A stretch of DNA of 64,000 bases from Pelagibacteraceae bacterium AG-426-L23 (GCA_003213115.1 QCNU01000002.1:17017-81016), one strand, 5' to 3'. Numbered from the stretch's first letter, positions 41,914-52,866 are shown. Notes: generated from the letters alone by a model not told the origin. Numbers and translations are program-made.

Positions 41914-43447
41914 AAATTTTTATATCTCAACACCTATTTACTATCCATCTGGAAAACCACACATGGGTCATGCATACTCAAGTATAATTGCAGATATTTT
42001 TGCTAGATTTAAAAAAATTGAGGGATTTGAGGTATTTTATTTGACTGGTACTGATGAGCATGGTCTTAAAATACAAAGAGAAGCTGAAAAAAATAAAAAA
42101 GATCCAAAAATATTTTGTGATGAACTTTCTGAAAAATTTAAAGACCTTACCAAAACACTTAATTTATCTAATTCTGATTTTATAAGAACAACTGAGGAAA
42201 GACACTATAAGTCTGTTAAAGAAATTTGGCAGCGTCTACAAAAAAATGGTGATATTTATTTATCTAAATACTCTGGATGGTATTCAATATCAGATGAAGC
42301 ATATTATGATGAAGATGAAATTGTTTCAAAAAATAATAAAAAGTTTTCAAAATCCTCTGGTTCAGAAGTTGACTGGGTAGAGGAAGAGTCATATTTTTTT
42401 AAACTTTCCAAATGGCAAGAAAAATTACTTCAACATTATGAAAAAAATCCAAATTTTATTTTACCAGAATCTAGAAAAAATGAAGTAGTCAATTTTGTAA
42501 AAAAAGGATTAAAAGATTTATCAGTCAGTAGAACTTCTTTTACCTGGGGTATTCCGGTCCCTGATAATAAAAAACATGTTATTTATGTATGGCTTGATGC
42601 TTTAACAAATTATTTAAGTGCTTTAAATTTTCCTGATACATCTAATAATTTGTATAAAAAATTTTGGCCAGCTTCAATACATGTGATTGGTAAAGATATT
42701 TTAAGATTTCATGCTATATATTGGCCGGCTTTTTTGATGGCTGCGAATATTCCATTACCTAAAAAAATTTATGGGCATGGTTGGATTCTTTCTGATGAAA
42801 AGAAAATGTCAAAATCATTAGGGAACATATTAGATCCAATTGAAATAATAAATAAATATGGAATTGACCAATTGAGATACTATCTAATTAAAGAAGTATC
42901 TCTAGGTAATGATGGGAATATATCGCTTAAAAGCTTAAAAGATTGTATTAATAATGATCTAGCAAATAATTTTGGTAATTTATGTCAAAGGGTTTTTTCT
43001 TTCGTAGAAAAAAATTGCTCTAATAAAATACCTAATTCAAAAAACTTTGATCAAATAGATCTTGCTCTTACAGACAACTTGATAAAAAATGTCCCAAATC
43101 TAATTGAAAATATGAATAATCAAAAATTGAATCATTATTTAAATGACGTGATAGGATTTTCTTTTGATGCTAATAAATATTTCAATGATTTAAAACCCTG
43201 GGAGCTTAAAACTAAAGACCCAAAACGAATGAATGCTGTCTTAAACACTATAATTACACAAATTAAAAATATAAGTATATTATTAAACCCAATAATACCA
43301 ATTGCTTCAAATAATGTTCTAAATTTTCTAAATATACCTATTGAAAAAAGAAAGATTGCCTTTATTAAAGATAAAAATGTTTTTAACTATGAAAAAAAAC
43401 TTAATAAATTTAATATTTTATTTAAAAAAATAGAAAATGATAATTGA
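41903..43447 (+). CDS. metG: Methionine--tRNA ligase (short form)
   Basis: PHMGHAY, TGTDEHG, YVWLDAL.NY, GKDILRFH, KMSKS. Confidence 0.98.
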   Translation: MQNKNFYISTPIYYPSGKPHMGHAYSSIIADIFARFKKIEGFEVFYLTGTDEHGLKIQREAEKNKKDPKIFCDELSEKFKDLTKTLNLSNSDFIRTTEERHYKSVKEIWQRLQKNGDIYLSKYSGWYSISDEAYYDEDEIVSKNNKKFSKSSGSEVDWVEEESYFFKLSKWQEKLLQHYEKNPNFILPESRKNEVVNFVKKGLKDLSVSRTSFTWGIPVPDNKKHVIYVWLDALTNYLSALNFPDTSNNLYKKFWPASIHVIGKDILRFHAIYWPAFLMAANIPLPKKIYGHGWILSDEKKMSKSLGNILDPIEIINKYGIDQLRYYLIKEVSLGNDGNISLKSLKDCINNDLANNFGNLCQRVFSFVEKNCSNKIPNSKNFDQIDLALTDNLIKNVPNLIENMNNQKLNHYLNDVIGFSFDANKYFNDLKPWELKTKDPKRMNAVLNTIITQIKNISILLNPIIPIASNNVLNFLNIPIEKRKIAFIKDKNVFNYEKKLNKFNILFKKIENDN

Positions 43448-44213
43448 TTCACACTGCCATTTAGAGTTTGATCCCTTACACGGTGATTTAGATGCTGTTT
43501 TTAAAAGGGCTTTTTCCAACAATGTAAAATATTTTTTAACAATTTCTACAAAAGATAGTAGTTTTGATAAAATATTACAAATCTTAAAGAAATATAAATT
43601 TGTCTATGGTACTTATGGAATACACCCACATGAGGCAAAATTTCACAAAAACATAAAAAGTAATGACATTTTAAAAAAGGTTAAAATCAATGAAAAAGTT
43701 ATAGGAATAGGAGAAAGTGGATTAGATTATTACTATAAAAATTCAGAAATAGATAACCAAAAAAAAAACTTTGTTGAACATATTAAAGCATCTCAGGAAT
43801 CGAATTTGCCACTAATAGTTCATACAAGATCCGCTGAAAATGATACCTACGAAATTCTTAAATCAGAACTAAAAAATAAAAAATTAAAAATCTTGATTCA
43901 TTGCTTTACCGGATCAAAGGAATTTGCAAAAAAACTTTTAGATATAGGTTGCTACATATCAGCTAGTGGAATAGTAACTTTTAAAAATTCAAAAGATTTA
44001 GCTGAAACTTTTAAGTTTATACCTAATGACAGAATATTAGTCGAAACAGACTCTCCTTATTTGTCTCCTGATCCATTAAGAGGAAAAACAAATGAACCTT
44101 GTAACATAATTTATACTTTAAAATTTCTTTCTAAAATAAAAAAATTAGATGAAACTGAGTTTGGAAAAATTACTACACAAAATTTTTTTAAATTATTCGG
44201 TGTACTTAGTTGA
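43437..44213 (+). CDS. tatD: TatD family DNase
   Basis: DSHCH, GIHPH, IGESGLD, ETDSPYL. Confidence 0.95.
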   Translation: MIIDSHCHLEFDPLHGDLDAVFKRAFSNNVKYFLTISTKDSSFDKILQILKKYKFVYGTYGIHPHEAKFHKNIKSNDILKKVKINEKVIGIGESGLDYYYKNSEIDNQKKNFVEHIKASQESNLPLIVHTRSAENDTYEILKSELKNKKLKILIHCFTGSKEFAKKLLDIGCYISASGIVTFKNSKDLAETFKFIPNDRILVETDSPYLSPDPLRGKTNEPCNIIYTLKFLSKIKKLDETEFGKITTQNFFKLFGVLS

Positions 44214-44980
44214 GTAAAATCTTTACAATATTAGGTTGCGGCAGTTCTTTAGGATCTCCTTGGATTACTGGACACTGGGGTAATTGTAATAAAAATGATA
44301 TTAAAAATATAAGAACTAGATGTTCGGCACATATTTACTATAATGGTCTCTCAATTTTAATAGACACATCGCCAGACATTAAAGAACAAGTAAAAAAAAA
44401 TAAAATAAAAGGCGTTGATGCAGTTATATATACTCATGAACATTCTGATCAAACTTCAGGAATTTTTGAGTTACGTCCTTTTACATGGATCAATAAAAAA
44501 AAGATTCCTATTTATGGTAGCAAAAGAACAATTAACGAATTAAAAAAAAAATATACATTTTGTTTTTTTCCCAAAAGTGGCTACACCCCTATATTAAAAC
44601 CTAACATAATAAAAAAAAATTTTAAAATTTCAAAAGGTAATAATTTTCTCAGCATAAAATCTTTTGATGTTGATCACGGAATGATAAAAGCCACAGGATA
44701 TGTTTTTGATAAAGTATGTTATATAAGCGATTGTAATAATATAGATAAAAAAAGTTTTAAATATTTAAAAGGACTTAAATATTTAATCATTGACTGTTTA
44801 AGAATTAAAAAACATCCATCACATTTTAATTTAGATGAGGCAATAAAGATATCTAATTTTTTTAACCCAAAGAAAACAATTTTAACAAATTTACATGTAG
44901 ACTTTGATTACGAAACTTTAAAAAAGATGATGCCTTCAAATATTATTCCAGCTTATGATGGAATGAAGTTCAATTTTTGA
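44210..44980 (+). CDS. Metallo-beta-lactamase fold hydrolase (PhnP-like), TTG start
   Basis: LGCGSS.G, IDTSPD, THEHSDQ, HPSHF. Confidence 0.9.
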   Translation: MSKIFTILGCGSSLGSPWITGHWGNCNKNDIKNIRTRCSAHIYYNGLSILIDTSPDIKEQVKKNKIKGVDAVIYTHEHSDQTSGIFELRPFTWINKKKIPIYGSKRTINELKKKYTFCFFPKSGYTPILKPNIIKKNFKISKGNNFLSIKSFDVDHGMIKATGYVFDKVCYISDCNNIDKKSFKYLKGLKYLIIDCLRIKKHPSHFNLDEAIKISNFFNPKKTILTNLHVDFDYETLKKMMPSNIIPAYDGMKFNF

Positions 44981-45515
44981 CTTCTTTCTCGATCAAATTT
45001 ATAAATTTTTTTGACGTAGGTTTTGTAAAAGATGCAAAAGTATCTGATATTTTTCCATTTTTATTGACTATAATTTTATGAAAATTCCACTTTGGTATAG
45101 CCCCAATTCCGTAATTTTTTTTAGCCCATTTATAAAAAGGGTGAGCGTTACTTCCTATTACATTTGTTTTTTCTGTCAGAGGAAAATTTATACCATAATT
45201 TGACTCACAAAATTTTTTTATATCTGTATTTGTTCCCGGTTCTTGTTTAAAATTATTAGTTGGAACGCCAATAACTACTAAATCTTTTTCTTTATAGTTA
45301 ATCCAAAGTTGTTGTAAATCCTTATATTGAGGAGTATATCCACATCTACTTGCCACATTAACTATAACGATAACTTTGTTTTTATAATTTTCTAAATTTA
45401 TTAGTTTTCCGTCAATACCTCGAAAACTGAATTCATATGCAAGTTTATCGTAGCTTGCATTTAGATTTGAAATCAAACTAAAAATCATAAATAAAATAAG
45501 TATGCATTTTTTCAT
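44970..45515 (-). CDS. Glutathione peroxidase family protein (Cys type) with signal peptide
   Basis: VNVASRCGYT.QY, P.N.F.QE, KWNF.K. Confidence 0.93.
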   Translation of the reverse strand: MKKCILILFMIFSLISNLNASYDKLAYEFSFRGIDGKLINLENYKNKVIVIVNVASRCGYTPQYKDLQQLWINYKEKDLVVIGVPTNNFKQEPGTNTDIKKFCESNYGINFPLTEKTNVIGSNAHPFYKWAKKNYGIGAIPKWNFHKIIVNKNGKISDTFASFTKPTSKKFINLIEKEVKN

Positions 45516-45516
45516 T

Positions 45517-45930
45517 TCAAATATTTAAAGCTTTTTGCACAGCATAAAAGGGCAACATTATACATTTATATCTATCTTTATTTTTTTTCTTCATTAAAAT
45601 TTTAAAAATTTTATATTTTTTTGGTAATTTCTTCCCTTTTGTTAAAAAAAAATCTTCAATTTGAAGAAAGTCATTTTTTAGTTTATTAATTTTTAGAGAG
45701 GAAATAGTATTTGATAAAATACTTGCTGATGCTTGACAATATACGCATGACTCTGTCTCATATCTCATACTTTTAATCTTAATTTTATCAGCATTTAATT
45801 CAACAGTTATTTTGTCACCGCACAATTTATTTTTAGATGATGCTTTATGAGTACTTAATTTGGTTAATCCGTAATTTTTTGTATTAGAAGCTAATTTAAT
45901 TACTTGAATATCAAACATTTTTTTTAGCAA
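45517..45930 (-). CDS. NifU_N / IscU-SufU-like Fe-S scaffold protein
   Basis: N.LCGD, C..CQASAS, R..C..LP. Confidence 0.8.
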   Translation of the reverse strand: MLKKMFDIQVIKLASNTKNYGLTKLSTHKASSKNKLCGDKITVELNADKIKIKSMRYETESCVYCQASASILSNTISSLKINKLKNDFLQIEDFFLTKGKKLPKKYKIFKILMKKKNKDRYKCIMLPFYAVQKALNI

Positions 45931-47089
45931 AAATTAATAGTATAAAATATCCCAGTAAAGTAGAAAGCAATGACCCAACTAAAACGCCAATCTTTACACC
46001 AGGTAAATAGTTTGAACTTTCAACAAAGGCTAAATTTCCAACAAATAAACTCATGGTAAAACCAATTCCTGTTAATATGGACACTCCGTATAGCATCATC
46101 CAATTTGAATTATTTGGCATCTCTGCAAGTTTAAATTTTATTGATATATAGGAAAATATTAACACCCCAAACTGTTTACCAAAAAAAAGTCCGCACACTA
46201 TACCTAGTGGCACAGGATTTAATAAAGTAGCAAAAGTAAGACCCTCTAATGAAACCCCTGCATTCGCAAAAGCAAAAATAGGCATAATTCCAAAAGCAAC
46301 ATAAGGAGAAATAAAATGTTCTAACTTGAGTAAAAGTGAATTCTTATGATTTTTGCTTTTATGGGGAATAGTTAATGCTAATAAAACTCCAGCTATCGTA
46401 GCATGAATTCCCGAGTGATGGGTAAAATCCCAAAGAAATATTCCAACTATAAGATAAGGTAAAAATCTTTGTACATTAAATTTATTTAATATAATTAAAA
46501 TAATAATGGCAGCTAACATTAATAATAAATAAATTGTTTTGACACTTCCAGAATAAAAAAAAGCAATGATTACTATGGCTCCTAGGTCGTCTATTATAGC
46601 CAATGCAGTTAAAAAAACTTTTAAAGATAAGGGTACTCTTTTTCCAAGTAAAGATAGAACTCCCAAAGAAAAAGCTATATCTGTAGCAGAAGGAATAGCC
46701 CAACCATTTAATCTTGTAGGATCATCAATATTAATAAAAATATAAATAAGAGCAGGCACCAACATTCCCCCAACAGCACCAATAATTGGTAGCATTGCTT
46801 GTTTAGGATTTGATAGTTCCCCTTGTATAAATTCACGTTTAATTTCTAGTGAAACTAAAAAGAAGAAAATAGCCATCAGTACATCGTTAATCCAATGTAA
46901 AATAGAGAGTTTTAAACCAAAACTTTTTACTCCTAATAAAAATTTGTAATTTAATACTTCAAAATATTTACCTGAAAATTCACTGTTGCTTATGAATAGC
47001 GCTATAATTGCCGCAAATAGAAGAACTAGTCCAGAAGCAGATTCTAACTTAAAAAAATATTTAAACGGTCTAGTTATATGTTGAATCAT
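45911..47089 (-). CDS. nhaA: Na+/H+ antiporter NhaA
   Basis: WIND.LMA.FF..V.LEIKRE, GWAIP.ATDIAF, LAIIDD, GIGFTMSLF. Confidence 0.97.
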   Translation of the reverse strand: MIQHITRPFKYFFKLESASGLVLLFAAIIALFISNSEFSGKYFEVLNYKFLLGVKSFGLKLSILHWINDVLMAIFFFLVSLEIKREFIQGELSNPKQAMLPIIGAVGGMLVPALIYIFINIDDPTRLNGWAIPSATDIAFSLGVLSLLGKRVPLSLKVFLTALAIIDDLGAIVIIAFFYSGSVKTIYLLLMLAAIIILIILNKFNVQRFLPYLIVGIFLWDFTHHSGIHATIAGVLLALTIPHKSKNHKNSLLLKLEHFISPYVAFGIMPIFAFANAGVSLEGLTFATLLNPVPLGIVCGLFFGKQFGVLIFSYISIKFKLAEMPNNSNWMMLYGVSILTGIGFTMSLFVGNLAFVESSNYLPGVKIGVLVGSLLSTLLGYFILLIFAKKNV

Positions 47090-47124
47090 TTTGATTACTT
47101 ACTTATATAACACTAATCTTTCAA

Positions 47125-47155
47125 TTGCCAAAAAGTCTTATTTAACTTATATAAT
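47125..47155 (+). promoter_or_regulatory. Probable sigma70 promoter of tRNA-Pro
   Basis: TTGCCA at 47125-47130 and TATATAAT at 47148-47155, just upstream of the tRNA. Confidence 0.5.
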
Positions 47156-47163
47156 TGAAACTT

Positions 47164-47240
47164 CGGGGTGTAGCGAAGCCTGGTATCGCACTTGGTTTGG
47201 GACCAAGGGATCGTAGGTTCGAATCCTACCACCCCGACCA
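47164..47240 (+). tRNA. tRNA-Pro(TGG)
   Basis: CGGGGTGTAGCGAAGCCTGGTATCGCA-CTTGG-TTTGGGA-CCAAG-...GGTTCGAATCC...CCCCGACCA. Confidence 0.96.
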
Positions 47241-47247
47241 ATTCGTT

Positions 47248-49470
47248 ATGAATATTAATAAAGTTGTTGTTATAGGATCTGGAACTATGGGAAGCGGAAT
47301 AGCAGCTCATTTATGCAACGCTAATATTCCAGTAGTTCTTTTAGATTTAAAAACAGAAATAGCTGAAAAAGCAAAAGAGAGAATAATTAAATCTAGACCT
47401 CCTTTATTGTTTGATAAAACTAAAATTAGTAGTTTGAAGACAGGCAATATTTCGGAGAATTTTGATAATGTTTGTGATGCGGACTGGATAATCGAAGCAG
47501 TAGTTGAAAGAATAGATATCAAACATTCAATCTATGAAAAAATTTTTAAAAAAAGAAAAAAAGAGTCAATTGTTTCCTCAAATACTTCAACTATTCCATT
47601 AAAAATTCTCTCAGAAAAGTTAAGCGAGAATGATAAAAAAGATTTTTGCATAACTCATTTTTTTAATCCAGTGAGGTATATGGGTTTATTAGAAATAGTT
47701 AGAGATAATTTAAACAACAAGGAAAAAATTAAATTACTAAAAGATTTTTGTGAAAATAAATTAGGGAAAGGCGTAATTGTATGTGGAGATACCCCTGGTT
47801 TTTTAGGAAATAGAGTAGGTGTATATGCAATGCAAGTAGCTATGACAGAAGCTATAAAAATGAATCTTTCCGTTGAAGAAGCGGACTCAGTATTTGGCAG
47901 ACCAATGGGAATTCCTAAAACAGGAGTATTTGCTCTATACGACTTGATCGGTATTGATTTGATGCAAGATGTTTTAGCAAGTTTTAAAAAAGAATTACCT
48001 AAAGAAGATAGATTTCATAAAGTTGCTTCAGATTTACCGGTAATTAAAAAATTAGTAGAATCTGGATACACTGGAAGAAAAGGAAAGGGTGGTTTTTATA
48101 GATTAAACAAAAAAAATGGTAAAAAAATATTAGAAGCGCTTGATTTAATTAAGAACGAATATTTTCCATCAAAAAAAATAGATTTAAAAATCGATAAAGT
48201 TAATCTTCTAGAACTTATAAACAGAAATGACAAATATGGAGAATATGCATGGTCAGTTATTTCCAAAATAATTTTATATGCTTCTTCATTAGTTCCCCAA
48301 ATAACTGATGAATACAATGATATAGATGAAGCACTTAGATTGGGTTTTAATTGGTCAATGGGCCCCTTTGAAATGTTAGAGGCCATAGGTTTACAAAATT
48401 TTTTTTTAAAAATTGATAGTATTGAAAATAATAAATTTCTTCAAAATTTAAAAAATAAAAATTTAAAAAACTTTTATGGTCAAAGACAAAAATATACCGA
48501 AATAGAAACCTTAGGAAAAATTAAGAAATCTGTTATTAAATTAGATAAAAATGAATCTGCTGAGATTTTTAGATTTAAAGATTTTAATATAGTTGAATTC
48601 AATACCAAGGCAAATGCTTTAGATTATAATTCAATGGATGCTTTAAAAAAAGCTACAGATAAACCATTAGTAATTATTAATGAAGGTATGCAATTTTCAG
48701 CTGGTGTAAATTTAAATTATGTTATGGAATTTATTAAGAAAAAAGATTTAAAATCTGTAGAAAAATTTATTAAATATTTTCAAGATACATGTAAACATCT
48801 TAAATATTGTAAAAATCCAGTTATATCTGCTCCATCAGGTTTAGCTTTAGGTGGTGGCGAAGAAGTATTACTACAAAGTAATTATGTAGTGACACATACT
48901 AATATAGTGATGGGTTTAGTTGAGACAATTGTAGGCTTGGTTCCAGCTGGCGGAGGATGTAAAGAGCTATTATGGCGTTGGACACAAACCGATGAAGGAA
49001 AAAAAGATCTCGATTATGCTCCTTTAAAAGTTTTTGATATAATTGGTTATGCTAAAACAGCAACATCACCTCAAGAAGCTAAGCCGCTTTTATTTTTAGA
49101 TAAAAAACATGATGTAATAATTAATCGAAATGAGCTATTACCTACTGCAAGATCTTTGATACAAAAAAAGGTAGAAATGTCGCCCCCAAAAGAATGTAAA
49201 TTTAAATTATCGGGTGAAAATGTTAGAAAAAAAATGCACAAAATACTCGAAGAATTATATAATAAGAAGAAGATTCTAGATCACGGTATGATAGTTGGTC
49301 AAGAATTAGCATATATTTTAAGCGGCGGAGACACAAAATTAGATAAAGAAATTAGTGAGGACCAAATGTATAAATTAGAATTGGACAGTTTTATGAAACT
49401 TATTGAAACACAAAAAACTCAAGAAAGAATATTTCATACCTTAAAAACAGGAAAACCATTAATTAATTAA
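47248..49470 (+). CDS. 3-hydroxyacyl-CoA dehydrogenase / enoyl-CoA hydratase fusion (FadN-like order: dehydrogenase first)
   Basis: VIGSGTMGSGIA Rossmann fold, EAVVE, SSNTS, HFFNP; C-terminal crotonase FSAGVNL, LGGGEE, GLVE; start trimmed to exclude the tRNA. Confidence 0.9.
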   Translation: MNINKVVVIGSGTMGSGIAAHLCNANIPVVLLDLKTEIAEKAKERIIKSRPPLLFDKTKISSLKTGNISENFDNVCDADWIIEAVVERIDIKHSIYEKIFKKRKKESIVSSNTSTIPLKILSEKLSENDKKDFCITHFFNPVRYMGLLEIVRDNLNNKEKIKLLKDFCENKLGKGVIVCGDTPGFLGNRVGVYAMQVAMTEAIKMNLSVEEADSVFGRPMGIPKTGVFALYDLIGIDLMQDVLASFKKELPKEDRFHKVASDLPVIKKLVESGYTGRKGKGGFYRLNKKNGKKILEALDLIKNEYFPSKKIDLKIDKVNLLELINRNDKYGEYAWSVISKIILYASSLVPQITDEYNDIDEALRLGFNWSMGPFEMLEAIGLQNFFLKIDSIENNKFLQNLKNKNLKNFYGQRQKYTEIETLGKIKKSVIKLDKNESAEIFRFKDFNIVEFNTKANALDYNSMDALKKATDKPLVIINEGMQFSAGVNLNYVMEFIKKKDLKSVEKFIKYFQDTCKHLKYCKNPVISAPSGLALGGGEEVLLQSNYVVTHTNIVMGLVETIVGLVPAGGGCKELLWRWTQTDEGKKDLDYAPLKVFDIIGYAKTATSPQEAKPLLFLDKKHDVIINRNELLPTARSLIQKKVEMSPPKECKFKLSGENVRKKMHKILEELYNKKKILDHGMIVGQELAYILSGGDTKLDKEISEDQMYKLELDSFMKLIETQKTQERIFHTLKTGKPLIN

Positions 49471-51231
49471 ATGACAATTTATAATGCTCCAGTTGAAGAA
49501 ATGATGTTTTTATTTGATCATTTAAAAGATAATAAAAACTATAATGAAATAGAAAAATTTAAAGAAATAAATTCGGAATTAGTTAAAGATATTTTAAACC
49601 AAGCAGCCAAATTAAATCAAGAAATCATTCATCCACTCGCAAAAATTGGCGATGAAAATCCATGTGTATATGAAAATGGTATTGTAAGATCTCCACCAGG
49701 TTATAAAGAAGCTTACAAAAAATTTATAAGCGAAGGTTGGACCTCATTATCTTGTGACTCTAAGTATGGTGGTCAAGGAATGCCAAAAACTGTAAGTACT
49801 TTTTTCGAAGAAATGTTGTCGTCAGCAAGTTTGTCTTTTAAACTATACAGTGAATTAAGTATTGGGGCGTATAATTGTATTTTACACCACGCGGATGATA
49901 AAATTAAGACTAAATTTCTTCCTAAAATAGTTGAGGGAAAATGGAGTGGCACAATGTGTTTAACTGAATCTCAGTGTGGAACAGATTTAGGTTTAATTAA
50001 AACAAAAGCTATAAAACAAAAAGACGGATCTTTTTCTTTAACAGGGCAAAAAATATTTATAACTTCAGGAGATCACGACTTAACAGAAAACATTATTCAT
50101 TTAGTTCTTGCAAAAATACCGGGATCTCCAGATGGGACTAAAGGTATAAGTTTATTTCTTGTACCGAAATTTAATGTTAACGATGATGGAAAAATTGGAA
50201 CAAGAAACGGAGTTAGCACTTTATCTATTGAGACAAAAATGGGAATTAAAGGGTCACCAACTTGTGTTTTAAATTTTGATAACGCAAAAGGATTTCTAAT
50301 AGGAAAAGAAAACAAAGGTTTAAGCTCTATGTTTACAATGATGAACTTAGAAAGAATTATAGTTGGGATACAAGGCCTTGGTATTGCTGAGACAGCTTTT
50401 CAAAATTCTTTAGCTTATGCAAAAGAAAGAAAACAAGGTAAATCAAATAATAATACTGATAATAAAACTGACGTAATATTAAAACATGCCGACATAAGAC
50501 GAAGTCTGATGAACATGAAATCGATTATAGAGGGTCAAAGATCTTTAGCTTTTTGGCTGTCTCAACAAATTGACGTAAGCTTAAATCATCCTAACAAAGA
50601 AGTAAAACAAGAAGCTGAGGAAATAGTTTCCTTGATGACGCCAGTAATAAAATCCTTTTTTTCAGACGCAGGAATGGAGATAACCAATGAAGCGATTCAA
50701 GTTTTTGGGGGATATGGTTATACAAAAGATCAGGGAATAGAACAATTATATAGAGATAATAGGATAACTCCAATATATGAAGGGACCAACTCAGTTCAAG
50801 CCATAGACTTAGTATTTAGAAAAATTTTAAATAACAAAATATTAAAAAAATTTATTTCAATAATAAATGATGAAATAAATAATGACCAAAATAATAAAGA
50901 TTTGAAAGATTTTGCAAATATTTTAAAGAAAAATGTAAAAACTCTGACGAATTTTGCTAATTGGCTTGAAGTAAAAAATAAAAGTAAAAAAGATGATGTA
51001 AGTTCTGCATGCAATGATTTTTTAAAAGTTCTCGGATATATTTCACTTGGTTATGCATGGTTTAAAATGACAAAAGTTAGTTTGGAAAAAACTAATGAAA
51101 ATAAAAATTTTTACTTAGAGAAAATAAATACAGCAAAATATTATTTTGAAAAAATTTCTCCAAGAATTGAAAGTCATTATAATTCTGCAATAAGTGGTAG
51201 TGATTCATTAATGAAAGCTAAATTTAATTAA
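49471..51231 (+). CDS. dmdC: Acyl-CoA dehydrogenase, probable methylmercaptopropionyl-CoA dehydrogenase
   Basis: GTMCLTE..CGTDLG, KIFITSG.HD, KMGIKGSPT, IYEGTN..QA.DL; operon with dmdA. Confidence 0.75.
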   Translation: MTIYNAPVEEMMFLFDHLKDNKNYNEIEKFKEINSELVKDILNQAAKLNQEIIHPLAKIGDENPCVYENGIVRSPPGYKEAYKKFISEGWTSLSCDSKYGGQGMPKTVSTFFEEMLSSASLSFKLYSELSIGAYNCILHHADDKIKTKFLPKIVEGKWSGTMCLTESQCGTDLGLIKTKAIKQKDGSFSLTGQKIFITSGDHDLTENIIHLVLAKIPGSPDGTKGISLFLVPKFNVNDDGKIGTRNGVSTLSIETKMGIKGSPTCVLNFDNAKGFLIGKENKGLSSMFTMMNLERIIVGIQGLGIAETAFQNSLAYAKERKQGKSNNNTDNKTDVILKHADIRRSLMNMKSIIEGQRSLAFWLSQQIDVSLNHPNKEVKQEAEEIVSLMTPVIKSFFSDAGMEITNEAIQVFGGYGYTKDQGIEQLYRDNRITPIYEGTNSVQAIDLVFRKILNNKILKKFISIINDEINNDQNNKDLKDFANILKKNVKTLTNFANWLEVKNKSKKDDVSSACNDFLKVLGYISLGYAWFKMTKVSLEKTNENKNFYLEKINTAKYYFEKISPRIESHYNSAISGSDSLMKAKFN

Positions 51232-51233
51232 TA

Positions 51234-52862
51234 ATGAGTGTATACGAAAAAAATCTAGATAAAAATAAAGCTAATTTTGTTCCTTTAACACCGCTAACAT
51301 TTCTAAAAAGAGCAAAAGATATTTATCCAAATTATGAGGCAGTTGTTTATGAAGGTCGTAAATATACTTGGATAGATGTTTATAAAAGATGTGTTAAATT
51401 TGCTAGTGCCTTAGCAAAAATTGGAATTAAAAAAGGTGACACAGTATCTTTTTTAGCATTCAATACTCCTGAAATATTTGAAGCCCATTATTCAGTTCCG
51501 ATGACTGGTGCAGTTTTAAATACTATAAATATTCGATTAGACGCAAAAACTATTTCCTACATTTTAGATCATGGAGAAGCTAAAGTTTTAGTAGTTGATC
51601 GACAACTACATACTGAAGTTAAAAAAGCTTTAAGCTCTCTCAAAAGAAAAATTATTATCATAGATATAAATGATAAATTTGCTGACCAATCTAAATTAGA
51701 AAAAATCGGTGATTTGGAATATGAAAAATTCTTAAGTACTGGTGATGAAAACTATGATTGGAAAATGCCTGAAGATGAATGGCAAGCTTTATCTTTAAGT
51801 TATACTTCTGGAACGACGGGGAATCCTAAAGGAGTAGTATATCACCATAGAGGATCTTACTTAATGTCAACAGGAAGCGCTGCAGCATGGAATATGCCTA
51901 ACAGACTTAATTTTTTAACTATCGTCCCAATGTTTCATTGTAATGGGTGGGGATATCCCTGGACTGTGCCGATGTTAATAGGACGTACGATTTGTTTAAG
52001 AAATATTGATATTAAAAAAATTTTCGAACTAATAGAAAAATATGAAATAACTCACTTTGGAGGAGCACCAATAGTTTTAAATATGATCACTGGAGCACCA
52101 GAAAAAGATAGAAAAAAATTGAAGCACAAAGTTTTTGTATTAACAGCCGGAGCACCTCCACCAAGTATAATTTTTAAAAAAATGAAAAGCCTTGGTTTTG
52201 AAGTAATGCATGTTTATGGTTTAACTGAAACATACGGACATGTCACTCAATGCGCATGGAACGAGACCTGGGACGGACTAAATGAGGATAAACAAAATGA
52301 AATTAAAGCTCGTCAAGGTGTTAGATATCCTAATACTGAAGGTGTTGCCATAATGGATCCTAAAACTATGAATGAGGTTCCAAAAGACGGAAAAACAATT
52401 GGTGAGATAATGATAAGAGGTAACATAGTAATGAAAGGATATTTTAAAGATAAAGAAGCTACAGAAAATGCTATGAAAGGTGGCTGGTTTCATACTGGAG
52501 ATTTAGCCGTTATGCATCCTGATGGGTATGTTAAAATACAAGATAGATCAAAAGATATAATAATATCAGGTGGGGAAAATATATCTTCAATAGAAATTGA
52601 AAATACTCTTTCAAAACATCCTTCAGTATCTATTGCAGCTGTAGTTGCCAAACCAGATGAAAAGTGGGGTGAGGTTCCATGCGCATTTATTGAAATGGTG
52701 AAAGACAAGCCTGTCACAGAAAAAGAAATTATTAATTTTTGTAAAGAAACATTAGCAGGATTCAAAGTACCTAAAAAAGTTGAATTTTGTGATTTACCGA
52801 AAACCTCAACTGGGAAAATTCAAAAATTTGAACTGCGAAAAAAAGCAAAAAATTTAAATTAA
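51234..52862 (+). CDS. dmdB: Acyl-CoA synthetase, probable methylmercaptopropionate-CoA ligase
   Basis: YTSGTTGNPKGV, PMFHCNGW, YGLTETYG, PKTSTGKIQK; operon with dmdA. Confidence 0.75.
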   Translation: MSVYEKNLDKNKANFVPLTPLTFLKRAKDIYPNYEAVVYEGRKYTWIDVYKRCVKFASALAKIGIKKGDTVSFLAFNTPEIFEAHYSVPMTGAVLNTINIRLDAKTISYILDHGEAKVLVVDRQLHTEVKKALSSLKRKIIIIDINDKFADQSKLEKIGDLEYEKFLSTGDENYDWKMPEDEWQALSLSYTSGTTGNPKGVVYHHRGSYLMSTGSAAAWNMPNRLNFLTIVPMFHCNGWGYPWTVPMLIGRTICLRNIDIKKIFELIEKYEITHFGGAPIVLNMITGAPEKDRKKLKHKVFVLTAGAPPPSIIFKKMKSLGFEVMHVYGLTETYGHVTQCAWNETWDGLNEDKQNEIKARQGVRYPNTEGVAIMDPKTMNEVPKDGKTIGEIMIRGNIVMKGYFKDKEATENAMKGGWFHTGDLAVMHPDGYVKIQDRSKDIIISGGENISSIEIENTLSKHPSVSIAAVVAKPDEKWGEVPCAFIEMVKDKPVTEKEIINFCKETLAGFKVPKKVEFCDLPKTSTGKIQKFELRKKAKNLN

Positions 52863-52866
52863 AAAT

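Noticed and set aside
44970-45515. Possible selenocysteine in glutathione peroxidase
   Set aside because: Active-site codon encodes Cys (ASRCG) with no in-frame TGA
47155-47247. 31-aa N-terminal extension of the FadN-like ORF, and the antisense ORF 47113-47310
   Set aside because: Both are translations of the tRNA-Pro gene; the Rossmann fold starts right after ATG 47248
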